Shown one piece after another: positions 1 to 9,717 of a DNA stretch of 64,000 bases. Source of the stretch: an uncultured Eubacteriales bacterium (lineage in GTDB: Bacteria; Bacillota; Clostridia; Christensenellales; CAG-917); assembly GCA_900549225.1 (NCBI GenBank), contig URNP01000004.1, positions 3,931-67,930 on the forward strand, in the 5' to 3' direction. The notes below the pieces were generated by a model. The model saw nothing but the letters and a program-made list of their open reading frames with translations, was not told where the DNA came from and did no database searches. Made by a program: the position numbers and the translations under genes. Each line of letters opens with the position of its first letter. The stretch's first letter is position 1.

Positions 1-331
1 ATCCGGCAACGATAGGCATAACTTCTCTTATGATGTTGACGTTGACTTTTGCAAGGTCGATACGGGTTTGTCCCGGTTTTCTTGCGATGCCCAAGGTTAC
101 GATGACTATGTCGCTGCCTTCAGCCGCGCTGTAGTCGCCCGAAGTGAGTTTGATGTTTGGGGTGAAATAAGCCGCTTGTCTTAAATCGATGACTTCGCCT
201 TCGGCTTTGTCGCGGTTGATGTCAATGAGAACAAGTTCGCTGCTCATGCCGCTGATGGTGAGTGCGTAGGCTATGGAAGCGCCGACGTTTCCCGCTCCCA
301 GAATGGTGATTTTTTTACTGCGATTGTTCAT
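1..331 (-). CDS. NAD-dependent lactate/malate dehydrogenase family protein; only the N-terminal 110 codons are present (gene runs off the left edge)
   Basis: My own minus-strand translation from the ATG at 331 gives MNNRSKKITILGAGNVGASIAYAL..LIDINRDKAEGEVIDL..GIARKPGQTRIDL. This shows a Rossmann GxGxxG motif plus the LDH/MDH substrate loop. The Arg in 'ARKPG' (Gln in canonical L-LDH, Arg in LDH-like MDH) leans towards malate dehydrogenase. An AAGGAGAT RBS lies 4 nt upstream. Confidence 0.8.
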   Translation of the reverse strand, partial: MNNRSKKITILGAGNVGASIAYALTISGMSSELVLIDINRDKAEGEVIDLRQAAYFTPNIKLTSGDYSAAEGSDIVIVTLGIARKPGQTRIDLAKVNVNIIREVMPIVAG

Positions 332-417
332 AGTTATCTCCTTTTGAGGCACTTTGTGCCGTTATTTTCCGTGATATTTTTCGACAAAAAACTTATTGGT
401 ATTTTTTTATCGATATA

Positions 418-446
418 ATTTTATCGAATTTCTTTCACTATGTCAA
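418..446 (-). promoter_or_regulatory. sigma-A-type promoter candidate for the LDH/MDH-family gene
   Basis: Minus strand reads TTGACA (446..441), a 17-nt spacer, then TAAAAT (423..418), about 85 nt upstream of the ATG at 331. Confidence 0.45.
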
Positions 447-501
447 CCGAAATAACGCGGCAAAAACGTTTTGTGTTGGTAATATTTGTAAAAACAAGTT
501 T

Positions 502-1242
502 TTAAGGGCGAAAATCCATGCTTTCGAGGCGCTTGACCACGTTTACGACGTCTTCGTTGAAAACGAGGGTTGCGTAGCGATCGAAAGGCGTGGCCTGCTT
601 GTTCACAAGCACCAGATTCTCTCCCCTAAATCCCGTCAGCAGCCCCGCCGCGGGATACACCGCAAGGCTCGTCCCCACAACTATCACCGTCTGCGCATTT
701 TCTATCGCCGCAACGCTTTTCTCAAAAACGTCGGCGTCGATGCCCTCCTCGTACAAAACCACGTCGGGCTTCACCAATCCGCCGCATTTGTCGCATTTAG
801 GCGCGCCGGACGAATTCATAACATAATTTACGTCAAAAAATTTGCCGCAACGCATGCAATGATTTCTATGGACGCTGCCGTGAAATTCAAGCACGTTTTT
901 GCTTCCAGCCGCCTGATGCAAACCGTCTATGTTCTGCGTTACGATTGCCGACAGCTTCCCTTCCGCCTCAAGCTTGGCAAAATAGCGATGCGCCGCGTTC
1001 GGCTTCGCTTTCGGATAAATCATTTTCGATTTGTAAAATTCGTAAAACTCCTTGGGGTGCGCCACGAAAAAGCTGTGGCTTATGATCTGTTCGGGGCTGT
1101 AGCCGCCTCCCTTTTCGTTGTAAAGGCCGTCTGCCGACCGAAAATCCGGTATCCCCGACGGACAGCTTATCCCCGCTCCCGTAAAAAGAACGGTGTTTTT
1201 TGACGTGTCAATGATTTTTTTAAGTTCTTCGTATTTGTCCAT
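502..1242 (-). CDS. cobB: NAD-dependent protein deacylase (Sir2/sirtuin family)
   Basis: Contains GAGISCPSGIPDFRS, QNIDGLH and a CxxC..CxxC zinc module. I trimmed the start to Met16 of the track ORF (ATG at 1242) because GGAGG sits 6 nt upstream of it. Confidence 0.9.
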   Translation of the reverse strand: MDKYEELKKIIDTSKNTVLFTGAGISCPSGIPDFRSADGLYNEKGGGYSPEQIISHSFFVAHPKEFYEFYKSKMIYPKAKPNAAHRYFAKLEAEGKLSAIVTQNIDGLHQAAGSKNVLEFHGSVHRNHCMRCGKFFDVNYVMNSSGAPKCDKCGGLVKPDVVLYEEGIDADVFEKSVAAIENAQTVIVVGTSLAVYPAAGLLTGFRGENLVLVNKQATPFDRYATLVFNEDVVNVVKRLESMDFRP

Positions 1243-1311
1243 ATCCGCCTCCGATTTAATTATACCTTCCTTCCACGCTTTTTGCAATGTATTTATTTAA
1301 AAAGATAAAAG

Positions 1312-1341
1312 AAAAAGGGAGCGAGGGTCGCTCCCTTTTTT
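1312..1341. terminator. intrinsic terminator downstream of the protease gene
   Basis: Stem GGGAGCGA (1317-1324) pairs with TCGCTCCC (1328-1335) around a GGG loop. It is flanked by an A-run and a T-run, so it could work on either strand. Confidence 0.7.
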
Positions 1342-1352
1342 GGTGATTTCGA

Positions 1353-2750
1353 TCAGCTTATTTTTGTCATTTGGCCTGCGGTGACAGTCCAGGTTATGGT
1401 GACGGTTTCGCCGCCGCGAAGGACGGTGTATTCAACTTCGTCGCCGACGTGTTGAAGCAAAACGAGGTCGATAAGCTTGTACATTCTGTCCGTTTCGTAC
1501 TCTTTTCCGCCGATTTTCACTTTGGTTATGACGTCGCCTTCCCTAAAGCCTGCGGTTTCGGCCGCGGTGCCTTCCTCAACGCTTTTGACGGTTACGTTTT
1601 CCTTTATGACGCTTTTTTGTTTCGCCGCGTCGTAAATTGCTTTGCTGTCAAGCCCCGAAACCGTTATGCCGAGAACGGGTTTGTAGCCGTTCTTTTCGCC
1701 GGTGGTTACGTTGTAGTAAAGAAGGTTATCGACCACTTTTTTCACGAGGTCAACAGGTATTGCGTAGCCTATGCTCTCCACCGTGCTTTCGACGTTTTTG
1801 GCGTTGACGATGCCGATGACTTCGCCTTGTGCGTTAAACAGTCCACCGCCGCTGTTGCCCTTGTTGACAGGAGTGTCGATGCGCATAACGCGGTAGGTAA
1901 CGGCGGTTTTTTCGTCGGCCGCGGTCATTTCGAGATATTCACTGTCAATCGACACTATGCCCGCGGTAACCGAAGTTCCGCTGCCCTTTGCGTTGCCGAT
2001 TGCTATTGCTGCGTCGCCTGCCGACACGCTTTCGGACGAGCCCAAAACCGCTTGAGTGGCGTTGCTGCTCTTAAGAAATTCGCTGTTTTCGATTTTAAGA
2101 ACGGCGATGTCGTAGGTCATGCTGCCGCCGACGTAGGTCGCTGGAATGGCGTAATCGAGATATTCGCTGCCGTAAAGCATAACCTCAACGTTGTCGCTTA
2201 CGTGATCGGAAGTGCTTGCGCCGCTGTCGTAAACGACGTGATAGTTGGTGACGACGTAAGCGTTGCCTTTTTCCTTGTCGAGCTTATAAATTATTCCGCT
2301 GCCCGCAGACGCATACTTTTCAGAGGAAGCTCCGCTTTTCGTAAAGTTAGAAACCACCAACACGGTGCCGTACGCCGCCTTCGAAACCATCGAGGAAACC
2401 GCTTCCGGAGCTGTAACCTGCAAATTTTCGTTTATGAAATCCGCCAGCGTCCCCGTGTATCCTGCGGTTTTTGCCGCTTCGTACAAATCCTCCACCGTGA
2501 TTTTGGCGTTGGTGCCGTCTTCGCCGTCAACGCCGTTTCTGCCGTTGGTTACGGTGAAATCGTAAGTCGAACCGTCGGAAAAAGTGATGGTGTAGGTGTC
2601 GACAAGGCCTTCCGTCTTGGTTTTGGTGATGCTGACGACGGTGTTATAATAATTGTTGGCCGAGGAATCGTTGCACGCGCAAAGCGAAACGCCCAGCGCG
2701 ACGACCAGAACCACGACCAGCGCAAAAATCGTTTTTTTGCTTTTGGCCAT
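1353..2750 (-). CDS. HtrA/DegP-like trypsin-fold serine protease with C-terminal PDZ-like domain; lipoprotein signal
   Basis: N-terminal TM segment plus lipobox (VSLCAC). Catalytic Ser motif GNSGGGLF and an upstream TNYHVV His region. The C-terminal ~100 aa look PDZ-like. GGGAGG RBS. Confidence 0.85.
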   Translation of the reverse strand: MAKSKKTIFALVVVLVVALGVSLCACNDSSANNYYNTVVSITKTKTEGLVDTYTITFSDGSTYDFTVTNGRNGVDGEDGTNAKITVEDLYEAAKTAGYTGTLADFINENLQVTAPEAVSSMVSKAAYGTVLVVSNFTKSGASSEKYASAGSGIIYKLDKEKGNAYVVTNYHVVYDSGASTSDHVSDNVEVMLYGSEYLDYAIPATYVGGSMTYDIAVLKIENSEFLKSSNATQAVLGSSESVSAGDAAIAIGNAKGSGTSVTAGIVSIDSEYLEMTAADEKTAVTYRVMRIDTPVNKGNSGGGLFNAQGEVIGIVNAKNVESTVESIGYAIPVDLVKKVVDNLLYYNVTTGEKNGYKPVLGITVSGLDSKAIYDAAKQKSVIKENVTVKSVEEGTAAETAGFREGDVITKVKIGGKEYETDRMYKLIDLVLLQHVGDEVEYTVLRGGETVTITWTVTAGQMTKIS

Positions 2751-2829
2751 ACATAGCCTCCCGTATTTTTATGACAAAATTTTACGTCCCGAATGTTAAT
2801 TGTACCTTAAAATAACCGAAAATATGTTT

Positions 2830-2870
2830 TTTTTATAAAAAAACGAGGCTTTGCTTTGTGAGCAAAGCCC
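2830..2870 (-). terminator. intrinsic terminator after the GDPD gene
   Basis: GGCTTTGCT (2847-2855) pairs with AGCAAAGCC (2861-2869). On the minus strand the hairpin is followed by a long U-run. Confidence 0.65.
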
Positions 2871-2882
2871 CATAAATTCAGA

Positions 2883-3620
2883 TTATTCCAAAATGTTCGT
2901 GGTGATATAGTCCACGCCCATCTTCACGAGCCACCTTGCCACAGGCCTCCGGTCCACCGTCCAGCAGTTGACCTTGATGCCGTTTTCGTGCATTTCTCTG
3001 ACGGCTTTCGGGCGAAGCGCGCGGAAGTTGACGTCGATATCCAGCTTATGCTCGATAAGCGTTTTAAGCACGTTTTTGTTGTAGTGCAAAGTGAGGTATT
3101 GAGCAGGCTGCAGAGGATATTTTTTCCTCAGCGCCAAGAGGTTTTCGAGATAGAACGAAATGAAAATGATGTGGTCCATATAGCCGAGGCTTTCGATTTC
3201 GGCGCACATATCCCACACTTCCTGTTCCTCAAAGTGGTTTTTCATTTCCAGAACGCCAACCTTGCCGTGTTCCTTGAGGGACAAAACGTATTCCTCGAGC
3301 GTCGGAATTCGGGTTTCCTTTTCACCGCCCTCTTTGCTTTTTGCGTAAAGCTTCACCTTCCTCAAGGTGTCGAGCGGAGTTTTTTCCACGAGATATGACG
3401 TTGCCGACACCCTCGAAGTGAAACTGTCGTGAATGATAACGTATTTGTTGTCAGAGGTAACGTGCACGTCGGTTTCGATGCCGAAATAGCTGTGCTCGCC
3501 CGCAAGGTCGAAGGCCGCCACCGTGTTTTCGCGTTTGATACCGCTGAGGCCGCGGTGCGCAATCATTTTGCAGTCGCCTTTCTGTTGAAACTTTTTGGAT
3601 TTTTTGTAACGTAGAAGCAT
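2883..3620 (-). CDS. glycerophosphodiester phosphodiesterase (GDPD family)
   Basis: IAHRGLSG..ENTVAAF..ETDVHVTSD motifs typical of GlpQ/UgpQ-type GDPD. GGAGA RBS 6 nt before the ATG at 3620. Confidence 0.85.
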   Translation of the reverse strand: MLLRYKKSKKFQQKGDCKMIAHRGLSGIKRENTVAAFDLAGEHSYFGIETDVHVTSDNKYVIIHDSFTSRVSATSYLVEKTPLDTLRKVKLYAKSKEGGEKETRIPTLEEYVLSLKEHGKVGVLEMKNHFEEQEVWDMCAEIESLGYMDHIIFISFYLENLLALRKKYPLQPAQYLTLHYNKNVLKTLIEHKLDIDVNFRALRPKAVREMHENGIKVNCWTVDRRPVARWLVKMGVDYITTNILE

Positions 3621-3781
3621 AATTTATCTCCAAACCATATTTCACATCCATTATAGAACTATCTTTCGTATGTTGCAATCGTTTCAAAAGGGAATTTTCA
3701 AAATATTACAATTTTTGCAAAACCGCGATAGTGCCTAAAAATCGGTGAGTATTATAAAAAACCGCATTTTTCAGAATACTT

Positions 3782-4696
3782 TCAGCGGTTTTTTCGGATT
3801 TTTACCATAAAAAAGCCTTCGTACAGCTCCGTCGGGCAAACGGTTACCGCGCCCGGAATCGTGCTTTCAAGCGTCGGCAAATCCTTATTTCCCGAAAATT
3901 TTATCGGCACGACGCACGCGTTGAAATCCCTCAGAACCTTTGAAACGACGTTCTCGTTTTCTTCTTTCAGAACCGAACAAGTGGAATAAACCATCGTCTG
4001 CCCCGCTTTCAGCACGGTGAGCGCTTTTTTGAGAAGAGCCTCCTGCAAGCGAGTGGTTTTTTCGATGAGCTTTAAGGTGAAAGTTTCGGCGATTTTCGGA
4101 TTTCTGACGTTCAGAATTCCGCTTCCCGAACACGGCGCGTCCAAAAGAACGTTGTCGAAACGGAAAAAATCGCTTATGGTTCTTGCGTCCGTTTGCAGCA
4201 CGTTTGCCGAAACCCCTTGTTTTTTAAGGTTAAAGCGCAGCTGCTCGGCGCGGGCCATATCTCTTTCGCAAGCGGTCAGGTTGACTTTTCCACCCGTCAT
4301 GGCGTAAATTTCCGATGTTTTTCCGCCCGGCGCCGCAGTCATGTCCAGAACGTCCTGCCCCACCGAAAGATCCATTGCGATCGGCGGAAGCTGGGACGAT
4401 AAACTCTGAAGGTAAATCTTGCCGCTTACGTAAATTTCAAGCGGTCTTACGTCCGATTCCGACGCGCCGTCCAAAATCATGGCGGAGTCGCTCCACGAAA
4501 CGCCTTTCGCGCTTATCCCCGCGGCGGAAAGCGCCTCCGAAACCTCCTCGGCGGAAGACTTGACGGTGTTCACCCTCAAGGTTACGGGGCGTTTTTTTTC
4601 GTAGCCGCAGACGATTTTCTCCACTTCTGCGGGCGAATACTCCGCCCTCAGTTTTTCCCTTAAAAACGTCGGCAACGGATAGGTTACGCCGTCCAT
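3782..4696 (-). CDS. SAM-dependent RNA cytosine-C5 methyltransferase, RsmB/RsmF (NOL1/NOP2/Sun) family
   Basis: SAM-binding DMTAAPGGKT and catalytic LLDAPCSGSG motifs. The start at 4696 is 1 nt from the thrS stop at 4698, suggesting translational coupling. Confidence 0.85.
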   Translation of the reverse strand: MDGVTYPLPTFLREKLRAEYSPAEVEKIVCGYEKKRPVTLRVNTVKSSAEEVSEALSAAGISAKGVSWSDSAMILDGASESDVRPLEIYVSGKIYLQSLSSQLPPIAMDLSVGQDVLDMTAAPGGKTSEIYAMTGGKVNLTACERDMARAEQLRFNLKKQGVSANVLQTDARTISDFFRFDNVLLDAPCSGSGILNVRNPKIAETFTLKLIEKTTRLQEALLKKALTVLKAGQTMVYSTCSVLKEENENVVSKVLRDFNACVVPIKFSGNKDLPTLESTIPGAVTVCPTELYEGFFMVKIRKNR

Positions 4697-4697
4697 C

Positions 4698-6464
4698 TTA
4701 CGCTCTTTCTCTTGTTTCCGTAACGACTTTTGCGATGAAATCGTCCAAAGTCATAACTTCGGTTGCGGTGGTGTCGCGGTAACGGAGGGAAACGGTTTTG
4801 TCTTCCGCTTCTTTTTCGCCGATAATCACCATGTACGGCACTCTGTCAACAAGCTGCGCCTGACGGATTTTGTAGCCGATTTTTTCGTTTCTGTTGTCAA
4901 ATTCCACTCTGACTTTGGCGGCTTTGAGCGCTTCGTAAACCTCTTGTCCCCAAGCCTCGCTCTTTTCGCTGACCAAAAGAACCTTGACCTGCGTCGGAGC
5001 AAGCCACACCGGGAATTTGCCCGCAAAGTGCTCGGTCAAAATACCTATAAAGCGTTCGATGGAACCGAAGCAAACTCTGTGAATCATGATAGGACGTTGC
5101 TTTTCGCCGTTTTCGTCAACGTATTCCAAACCGAAATTGAGCGGCATCTGGAAGTCGAGTTGAATCGTGCCGCATTGCCACGTTCTGCCGAGAGTATCTT
5201 CGAGGTGGAAGTCGATTTTCGGACCGTAGAATGCGCCGTCGCCTTCGTTGACGATATACGGAAGTCCGATTTTTTCAAGAGCGGTTTTGAGTCCGTTTGT
5301 TGCGGCTTCCCAATCCTCATCGCTTCCCATGCTGTCCTCTGGACGTGTGGAAAGTTCAACGAAATACTTAAATCCGAATTTGCTATAAACTTCGTTTATA
5401 AGATGCACCACGCCGATGATTTCGTCAGTGATTTGTTCTCTTCTCATAAAGATATGAGCGTCGTCTTGCGTGAAGCATCTGACTCTGAACAGACCGTGGA
5501 GCGCACCTTTGAGTTCGTGGCGGTGCACGAGTCCGAGTTCACCCACGCGAAGCGGCAAATCGCGGTAACTGTGCGGTTCGCTCTTGTACACCATAACGCC
5601 GCCCGGGCAGTTCATCGGCTTGACGCAATAAGTTTCGTCGTCGATAATCGTTGAGTACATATTGTCTTTGTAGTGATCCCAGTGACCGCTGGTTTCCCAC
5701 AAATGACGGTTCATAATCATAGGAGTGGACACTTCGACGTAATGGTCGCGAGTGTGGATTTCACGCCAATAATCGATGAGCGAATTTTTGATTGCCATTC
5801 CGTTTGGCAAGAAGAACGGGAATCCCGGCGCTTCGTCGCAGAGCATAAACAGTTTCATTTCCTTGCCTATGCGGCGATGATCGCGCTTTTCCGCCTCCTC
5901 GAGAAGTTTGAGATAGTCGTCGAGTTCCTGTTGAGTGGCAAAAGCCGTACCTTTGACTCTCGTGAGCATCTTGTTGTTTTTGTCGTTCTTCCAGTATGCG
6001 CCCGATTGTCCCATAATCTTGAACGCTTTGAGCGCCTTGGTGTACGTGAGGTGAGGGCCTACGCACATATCGATATACTCGCCTTGCTGATAGAACGTGA
6101 TGACCGCGTCGTCGGGAAGGTCGCCGATATGCTCGACTTTGTATTTCTCTCCCCTCTGTTGCATAAGCGCAATGGCCTCCTCGCGAGGAAGAGAGAACGC
6201 CTTTATCGGAAGATTCTCTTTGACGATTTTCTTCATTTCCGCTTCGATGCGCGCAAGGTCGTCGTCGGTGAGTTTGGTTTCGCCGAGGTCAACGTCGTAA
6301 TAAAAACCTTTCTCGTTGGCAGGACCGTAAGCAAAGTCTGCTTCGGGGAAAAGACGTTTGATTGCCTGCGCCATAATGTGCGCGGCGGTGTGACGGATAA
6401 CGTGCAATTCTTCTGCTTTGTCCGTGATTTCTCCGACCGTGCCGTTGTTGTAGATAACTTTCAT
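4698..6464 (-). CDS. thrS: threonine--tRNA ligase (short N-terminus)
   Basis: HTAAHIMAQAIKRLFP (editing domain), class II core motifs and a C-terminal anticodon-binding domain. Preceded by a Thr T-box leader. Confidence 0.95.
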   Translation of the reverse strand: MKVIYNNGTVGEITDKAEELHVIRHTAAHIMAQAIKRLFPEADFAYGPANEKGFYYDVDLGETKLTDDDLARIEAEMKKIVKENLPIKAFSLPREEAIALMQQRGEKYKVEHIGDLPDDAVITFYQQGEYIDMCVGPHLTYTKALKAFKIMGQSGAYWKNDKNNKMLTRVKGTAFATQQELDDYLKLLEEAEKRDHRRIGKEMKLFMLCDEAPGFPFFLPNGMAIKNSLIDYWREIHTRDHYVEVSTPMIMNRHLWETSGHWDHYKDNMYSTIIDDETYCVKPMNCPGGVMVYKSEPHSYRDLPLRVGELGLVHRHELKGALHGLFRVRCFTQDDAHIFMRREQITDEIIGVVHLINEVYSKFGFKYFVELSTRPEDSMGSDEDWEAATNGLKTALEKIGLPYIVNEGDGAFYGPKIDFHLEDTLGRTWQCGTIQLDFQMPLNFGLEYVDENGEKQRPIMIHRVCFGSIERFIGILTEHFAGKFPVWLAPTQVKVLLVSEKSEAWGQEVYEALKAAKVRVEFDNRNEKIGYKIRQAQLVDRVPYMVIIGEKEAEDKTVSLRYRDTTATEVMTLDDFIAKVVTETRERA

Positions 6465-6479
6465 AAAACGCTCCTTTTA

Positions 6480-6761
6480 TGACGATTTATTTCTCATTTT
6501 CGTGGATTTCAAACAAAAAAACCCTCGAAAAAAACGTACTCCTACGCTTTTCCCAAGGGCGCATAAATGCTCGGTTCCACCTTGATTTTTACTTGCTTTT
6601 CCTTTTACGCAAGGTGTGCGGCGACGCTTACTGTCGTTTCGGCGCGCGACTCCGGAATGGTCTTCGCTCAACCTCCGCAAAGAAACTCCCAGCAAACGTT
6701 TCTCTCTCTCGGTGCGGAAATGAAGAGTTACTCTTTCCTTCACAGTCTTTATAAATTTTTC
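6480..6761 (-). promoter_or_regulatory. T-box riboswitch leader (Thr specifier ACC) with intrinsic terminator
   Basis: Minus strand shows an AGAGAGAGA stem-I element and a specifier-loop candidate GAAG-ACC-A (ACC at 6661..6659). The T-box sequence AATCAAGGTGGAACCGAGC is the reverse complement of ~6570-6590. A terminator hairpin (6522-6559) is followed by UUUUUUUGUUU. Confidence 0.8.
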
Positions 6762-6767
6762 GACTTG

Positions 6768-6796
6768 ATTATATCACCCAAGCATTTGGCTGTCAA
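6768..6796 (-). promoter_or_regulatory. consensus sigma-A promoter of the thrS operon
   Basis: Minus strand reads TTGACA (6796..6791), a 17-nt spacer ending in TG, then TATAAT (6773..6768). Confidence 0.6.
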
Positions 6797-6952
6797 TTTA
6801 TTTTACAACTTAACTCTCAAACGCACACGTTCTGCCGGTTTGTTGCGGTTGCTCCGCCGATTTGTCTTCTCTCGCCACACGTCAAACGCAACGGTTCGGT
6901 TGATTCGATTTCTTTTTTACTCTGAAAATACTATGAAAAAATATTTTTCTAT

Positions 6953-6982
6953 ATAAAAACGACGATGCAAGCGCATCGTCGC
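6953..6982 (-). terminator. intrinsic terminator after the HAD hydrolase gene
   Basis: CGACGATGC (6960-6968) pairs with GCATCGTCG (6973-6981). A U-run follows on the minus strand. Confidence 0.7.
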
Positions 6983-7018
6983 ATACTTTTGGGTTGTTGT
7001 ACCCTTCTTTGTGTTGTT

Positions 7019-7864
7019 TCACTCTACTATCTCTTTCTTTTGCTCGTTGCTAAGGTGTATGAGTTTGTTGTCAACGCCGAGTTTGTTGAGCAAGTTTCGC
7101 ACCGCATTGTCAAGCGGCTTGCCTTCGCGATAGTCCGCCTTGAAAATCCAGTCCACCCTCTCGTGCTTGAGAAGAGGTTGCACTTTTTCTTTCTGTCCTT
7201 CCTGATAGAGCGCAATGGAGTGACCGCCCGACAGTTTGACGAGTTTCATACACGGCACGTCGGTGAGTCCGTCGCCGAGGTAAATCATATTGTTGAAATA
7301 CACTCTTCTCTCGTTTTCGGGGGTGGAAGCGTTGACGTCTACGTTGTTGCTTATGTCGAGAACGCCCTTGTTTATGCGGTATACGAACTGGGTTTTGTTG
7401 GTGTAATTGACCGCCATTTTCGCCCACATTGCGTTGCCGTCCTTGCCGTACAAAAACTCGCTTGCAAACACTTTTTTGAAGTGTTTTGCGATGCTCGTGC
7501 CGTCGATAATCTCTTTAAGTCCCGACGAGAGAACGTAGTGTTCGACCTTTACGCCGGCCTCTTCGCCGTAGCGGTTGATACGCTCGAACCAATCTTCCAC
7601 TCCGGGCAGATACTCCACGAACTTTCCGCACTCTACGAGGTCGCGACGTTTGAGCGGTTTGCCGTTTTCTTCAGCTTTGACCATCATGGCGTACATATAC
7701 GCAAGCACGCTGTCCATCTGCTCTTCGGAAGCGAGTTTTTGCGTACCGTCCCAAAAATCGTCGGGATTCATACCGAGGCTGGGAATAAACGTATACTCCT
7801 GCATATCGCGTGTGATGAGCGTTTTGTCGAAGTCGTACATTATCGCTACAATTGGTTTTTTCAT
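7019..7864 (-). CDS. HAD-superfamily hydrolase (subfamily IB-like)
   Basis: DxDxT nucleophile motif (MYDFDKTL) at the N-terminus and a GDGLTD motif near the C-terminus. Confidence 0.8.
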   Translation of the reverse strand: MKKPIVAIMYDFDKTLITRDMQEYTFIPSLGMNPDDFWDGTQKLASEEQMDSVLAYMYAMMVKAEENGKPLKRRDLVECGKFVEYLPGVEDWFERINRYGEEAGVKVEHYVLSSGLKEIIDGTSIAKHFKKVFASEFLYGKDGNAMWAKMAVNYTNKTQFVYRINKGVLDISNNVDVNASTPENERRVYFNNMIYLGDGLTDVPCMKLVKLSGGHSIALYQEGQKEKVQPLLKHERVDWIFKADYREGKPLDNAVRNLLNKLGVDNKLIHLSNEQKKEIVE

Positions 7865-7987
7865 ATAGACGTCACCTATCGTTTTTTATTGCAAAACGTA
7901 TTATAACACGTTCCCATGCGCATTTCAAGCATGTTTATTCGGGTGCGGGTGTCCCGCCCTCAGTTATTAACTATTAATTGATAATCA

Positions 7988-9493
7988 TTAATTATTGGCG
8001 TACGTTGTGTTCTTCTGTATAACGTCGTGTGCGCCGCCTTCTTTTATGCTGATTGCGGACACGAGCGTCATCTTTGCGTCTTTGTGCAGTGCCGCTATGG
8101 TCGTTGCGCCGCAGTTGCACATTGTTGATTTTACTTTGTAAAGGCTCTTACGCACGTTGTCTTTGAGGCTTCCTGCGTAGGGAACGTAACTGTCCACACC
8201 CTCTTCGAAGCCGAGTCCGCTCTTGCCGCCAAGGTCGTAGCGCTGCCAGTTTCTTGCACGGTTGCTGCCTTCGCCCCAGTACTCTTTGACGTAGTTGCCG
8301 TTGATGACGAGTTTGTTGGTGGGGCTTTCGTCAAAGCGTGCAAAATATCTGCCGAGCATAAGGAAGTCTGCGCCCATTGCGAGTGCGAGAGCCATATGAT
8401 AATCTTGCACGATGCCGCCGTCCGAGCAGATGGGGATATATACGCCCGTCTTTTTGAAATACTCGTCGCGAGCCTCCGCAACCTCGATAAGTGCGGTTGC
8501 CTGTCCTCTGCCGATGCCTTTTTGCTCGCGAGTGATGCATATCGAGCCGCCGCCGATACCCACTTTTATGAAATCTGCGCCGCAGTCGGCAAGGAAGTTG
8601 AATCCGTCCTTGTCAACGACGTTGCCTGCGCCGACTTTGACTTTGTCTCCGTAGTTTTTGCGGATATAATCGAGGGTTTTCTTTTGCCAAATCGTATAGC
8701 CCTCCGACGAGTCTATGCACAAAACGTCCGCACCCGCCTCGATGAGCGCCGGCACTCTTTGCTCGTAATCGAGCGTGTTTATGCCTGCGCCGACCATATA
8801 TCTCTTGCTCGAATCGAGAAGTTCGTCGGGATTCTTTTTGTGTTGGTCGTAGTCCTTGCGGAAAACCATATAAAGCAATCTGCCCTCGTCGTCGATAATG
8901 GGAATGGAGTTGAGTTTGTGATCCCAAATGATGTCGTTCGCCTCGATAAGAGTGGTGTTTTGCGGCGCGGTTATCAGTTTTTCAAGCGGAGTCATAAACT
9001 CTTTGACCTTAAGGTCAACTGCCATACGACTCACTCTATAATCGCGGCTTGTGACCATGCCGAGCAACTTGCCGTTTGACGTTCCGTCGTCGGTGATCGG
9101 AATGGTGTTATGCCCCTTTTGTGCCACGAGCGCAAGCACGTCGGCAAGAGTGTTTTCGGGCGTAAGATTGCTGTCGGATACGACGAATCCTGCCTTGTAA
9201 TTTTTCACTTTTCTCACCATCTCCGCTTCGCTCTCGATGGATTGCGATCCGAAGATAAAAGAAATCCCGCCTTCTCGTGCCAGTGCGATTGCAAGCGTAT
9301 CGTTGCTCACCGATTGCATTATGGCAGAGGTCATCGGGATGTTGAGAGAAAGCGACGGTTCTTCACCCTTTTTGAATTTTACGAGCGGAGTTTTGAGGCT
9401 CACGTTTGCAGGAATGCAATTCTCGTCCGTGTAACCGGGGATAAGCAAATACTCGTTGAAAGTTCTCGAGGGTTGATTGAAATAAGTTGCCAT
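7988..9493 (-). CDS. guaB: IMP dehydrogenase (with CBS pair)
   Basis: TIM-barrel motifs including the [13 protein letters not shown] active-site loop, plus an inserted CBS pair. I trimmed the start to the ATG at 9493 (MATYFNQP), which has GGAGG 4 nt upstream. Confidence 0.85.
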   Translation of the reverse strand: MATYFNQPSRTFNEYLLIPGYTDENCIPANVSLKTPLVKFKKGEEPSLSLNIPMTSAIMQSVSNDTLAIALAREGGISFIFGSQSIESEAEMVRKVKNYKAGFVVSDSNLTPENTLADVLALVAQKGHNTIPITDDGTSNGKLLGMVTSRDYRVSRMAVDLKVKEFMTPLEKLITAPQNTTLIEANDIIWDHKLNSIPIIDDEGRLLYMVFRKDYDQHKKNPDELLDSSKRYMVGAGINTLDYEQRVPALIEAGADVLCIDSSEGYTIWQKKTLDYIRKNYGDKVKVGAGNVVDKDGFNFLADCGADFIKVGIGGGSICITREQKGIGRGQATALIEVAEARDEYFKKTGVYIPICSDGGIVQDYHMALALAMGADFLMLGRYFARFDESPTNKLVINGNYVKEYWGEGSNRARNWQRYDLGGKSGLGFEEGVDSYVPYAGSLKDNVRKSLYKVKSTMCNCGATTIAALHKDAKMTLVSAISIKEGGAHDVIQKNTTYANN

Positions 9494-9717
9494 ACGACCT
9501 CCTGTCACTCCGCTACGCCGCAAACTTCTTCACGCCGTGCTTGGAATTATAAAATTTTTTCCATTATATCCGTAAAAACCGCACAAAGCAAGTTATTATG
9601 CCGCTTTGCCCCGTCGTTTCATAAAAAAACGACCTATATTCGCACTTTAACGGAAAAATCGTTGCAAAATTGCGAATATAGGCCATAAATTTGCTTTATT
9701 TTAACCCGATGCGAGCG

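Noticed and set aside
424-440. A Rex-type operator (TAGTGAAAGAAATTCGA) within the dehydrogenase promoter spacer.
   Set aside because: Only one half-site (GTGAA) matches the TTGTGAA-n4-TTCACAA consensus and the second half is degenerate. This is too weak to report.
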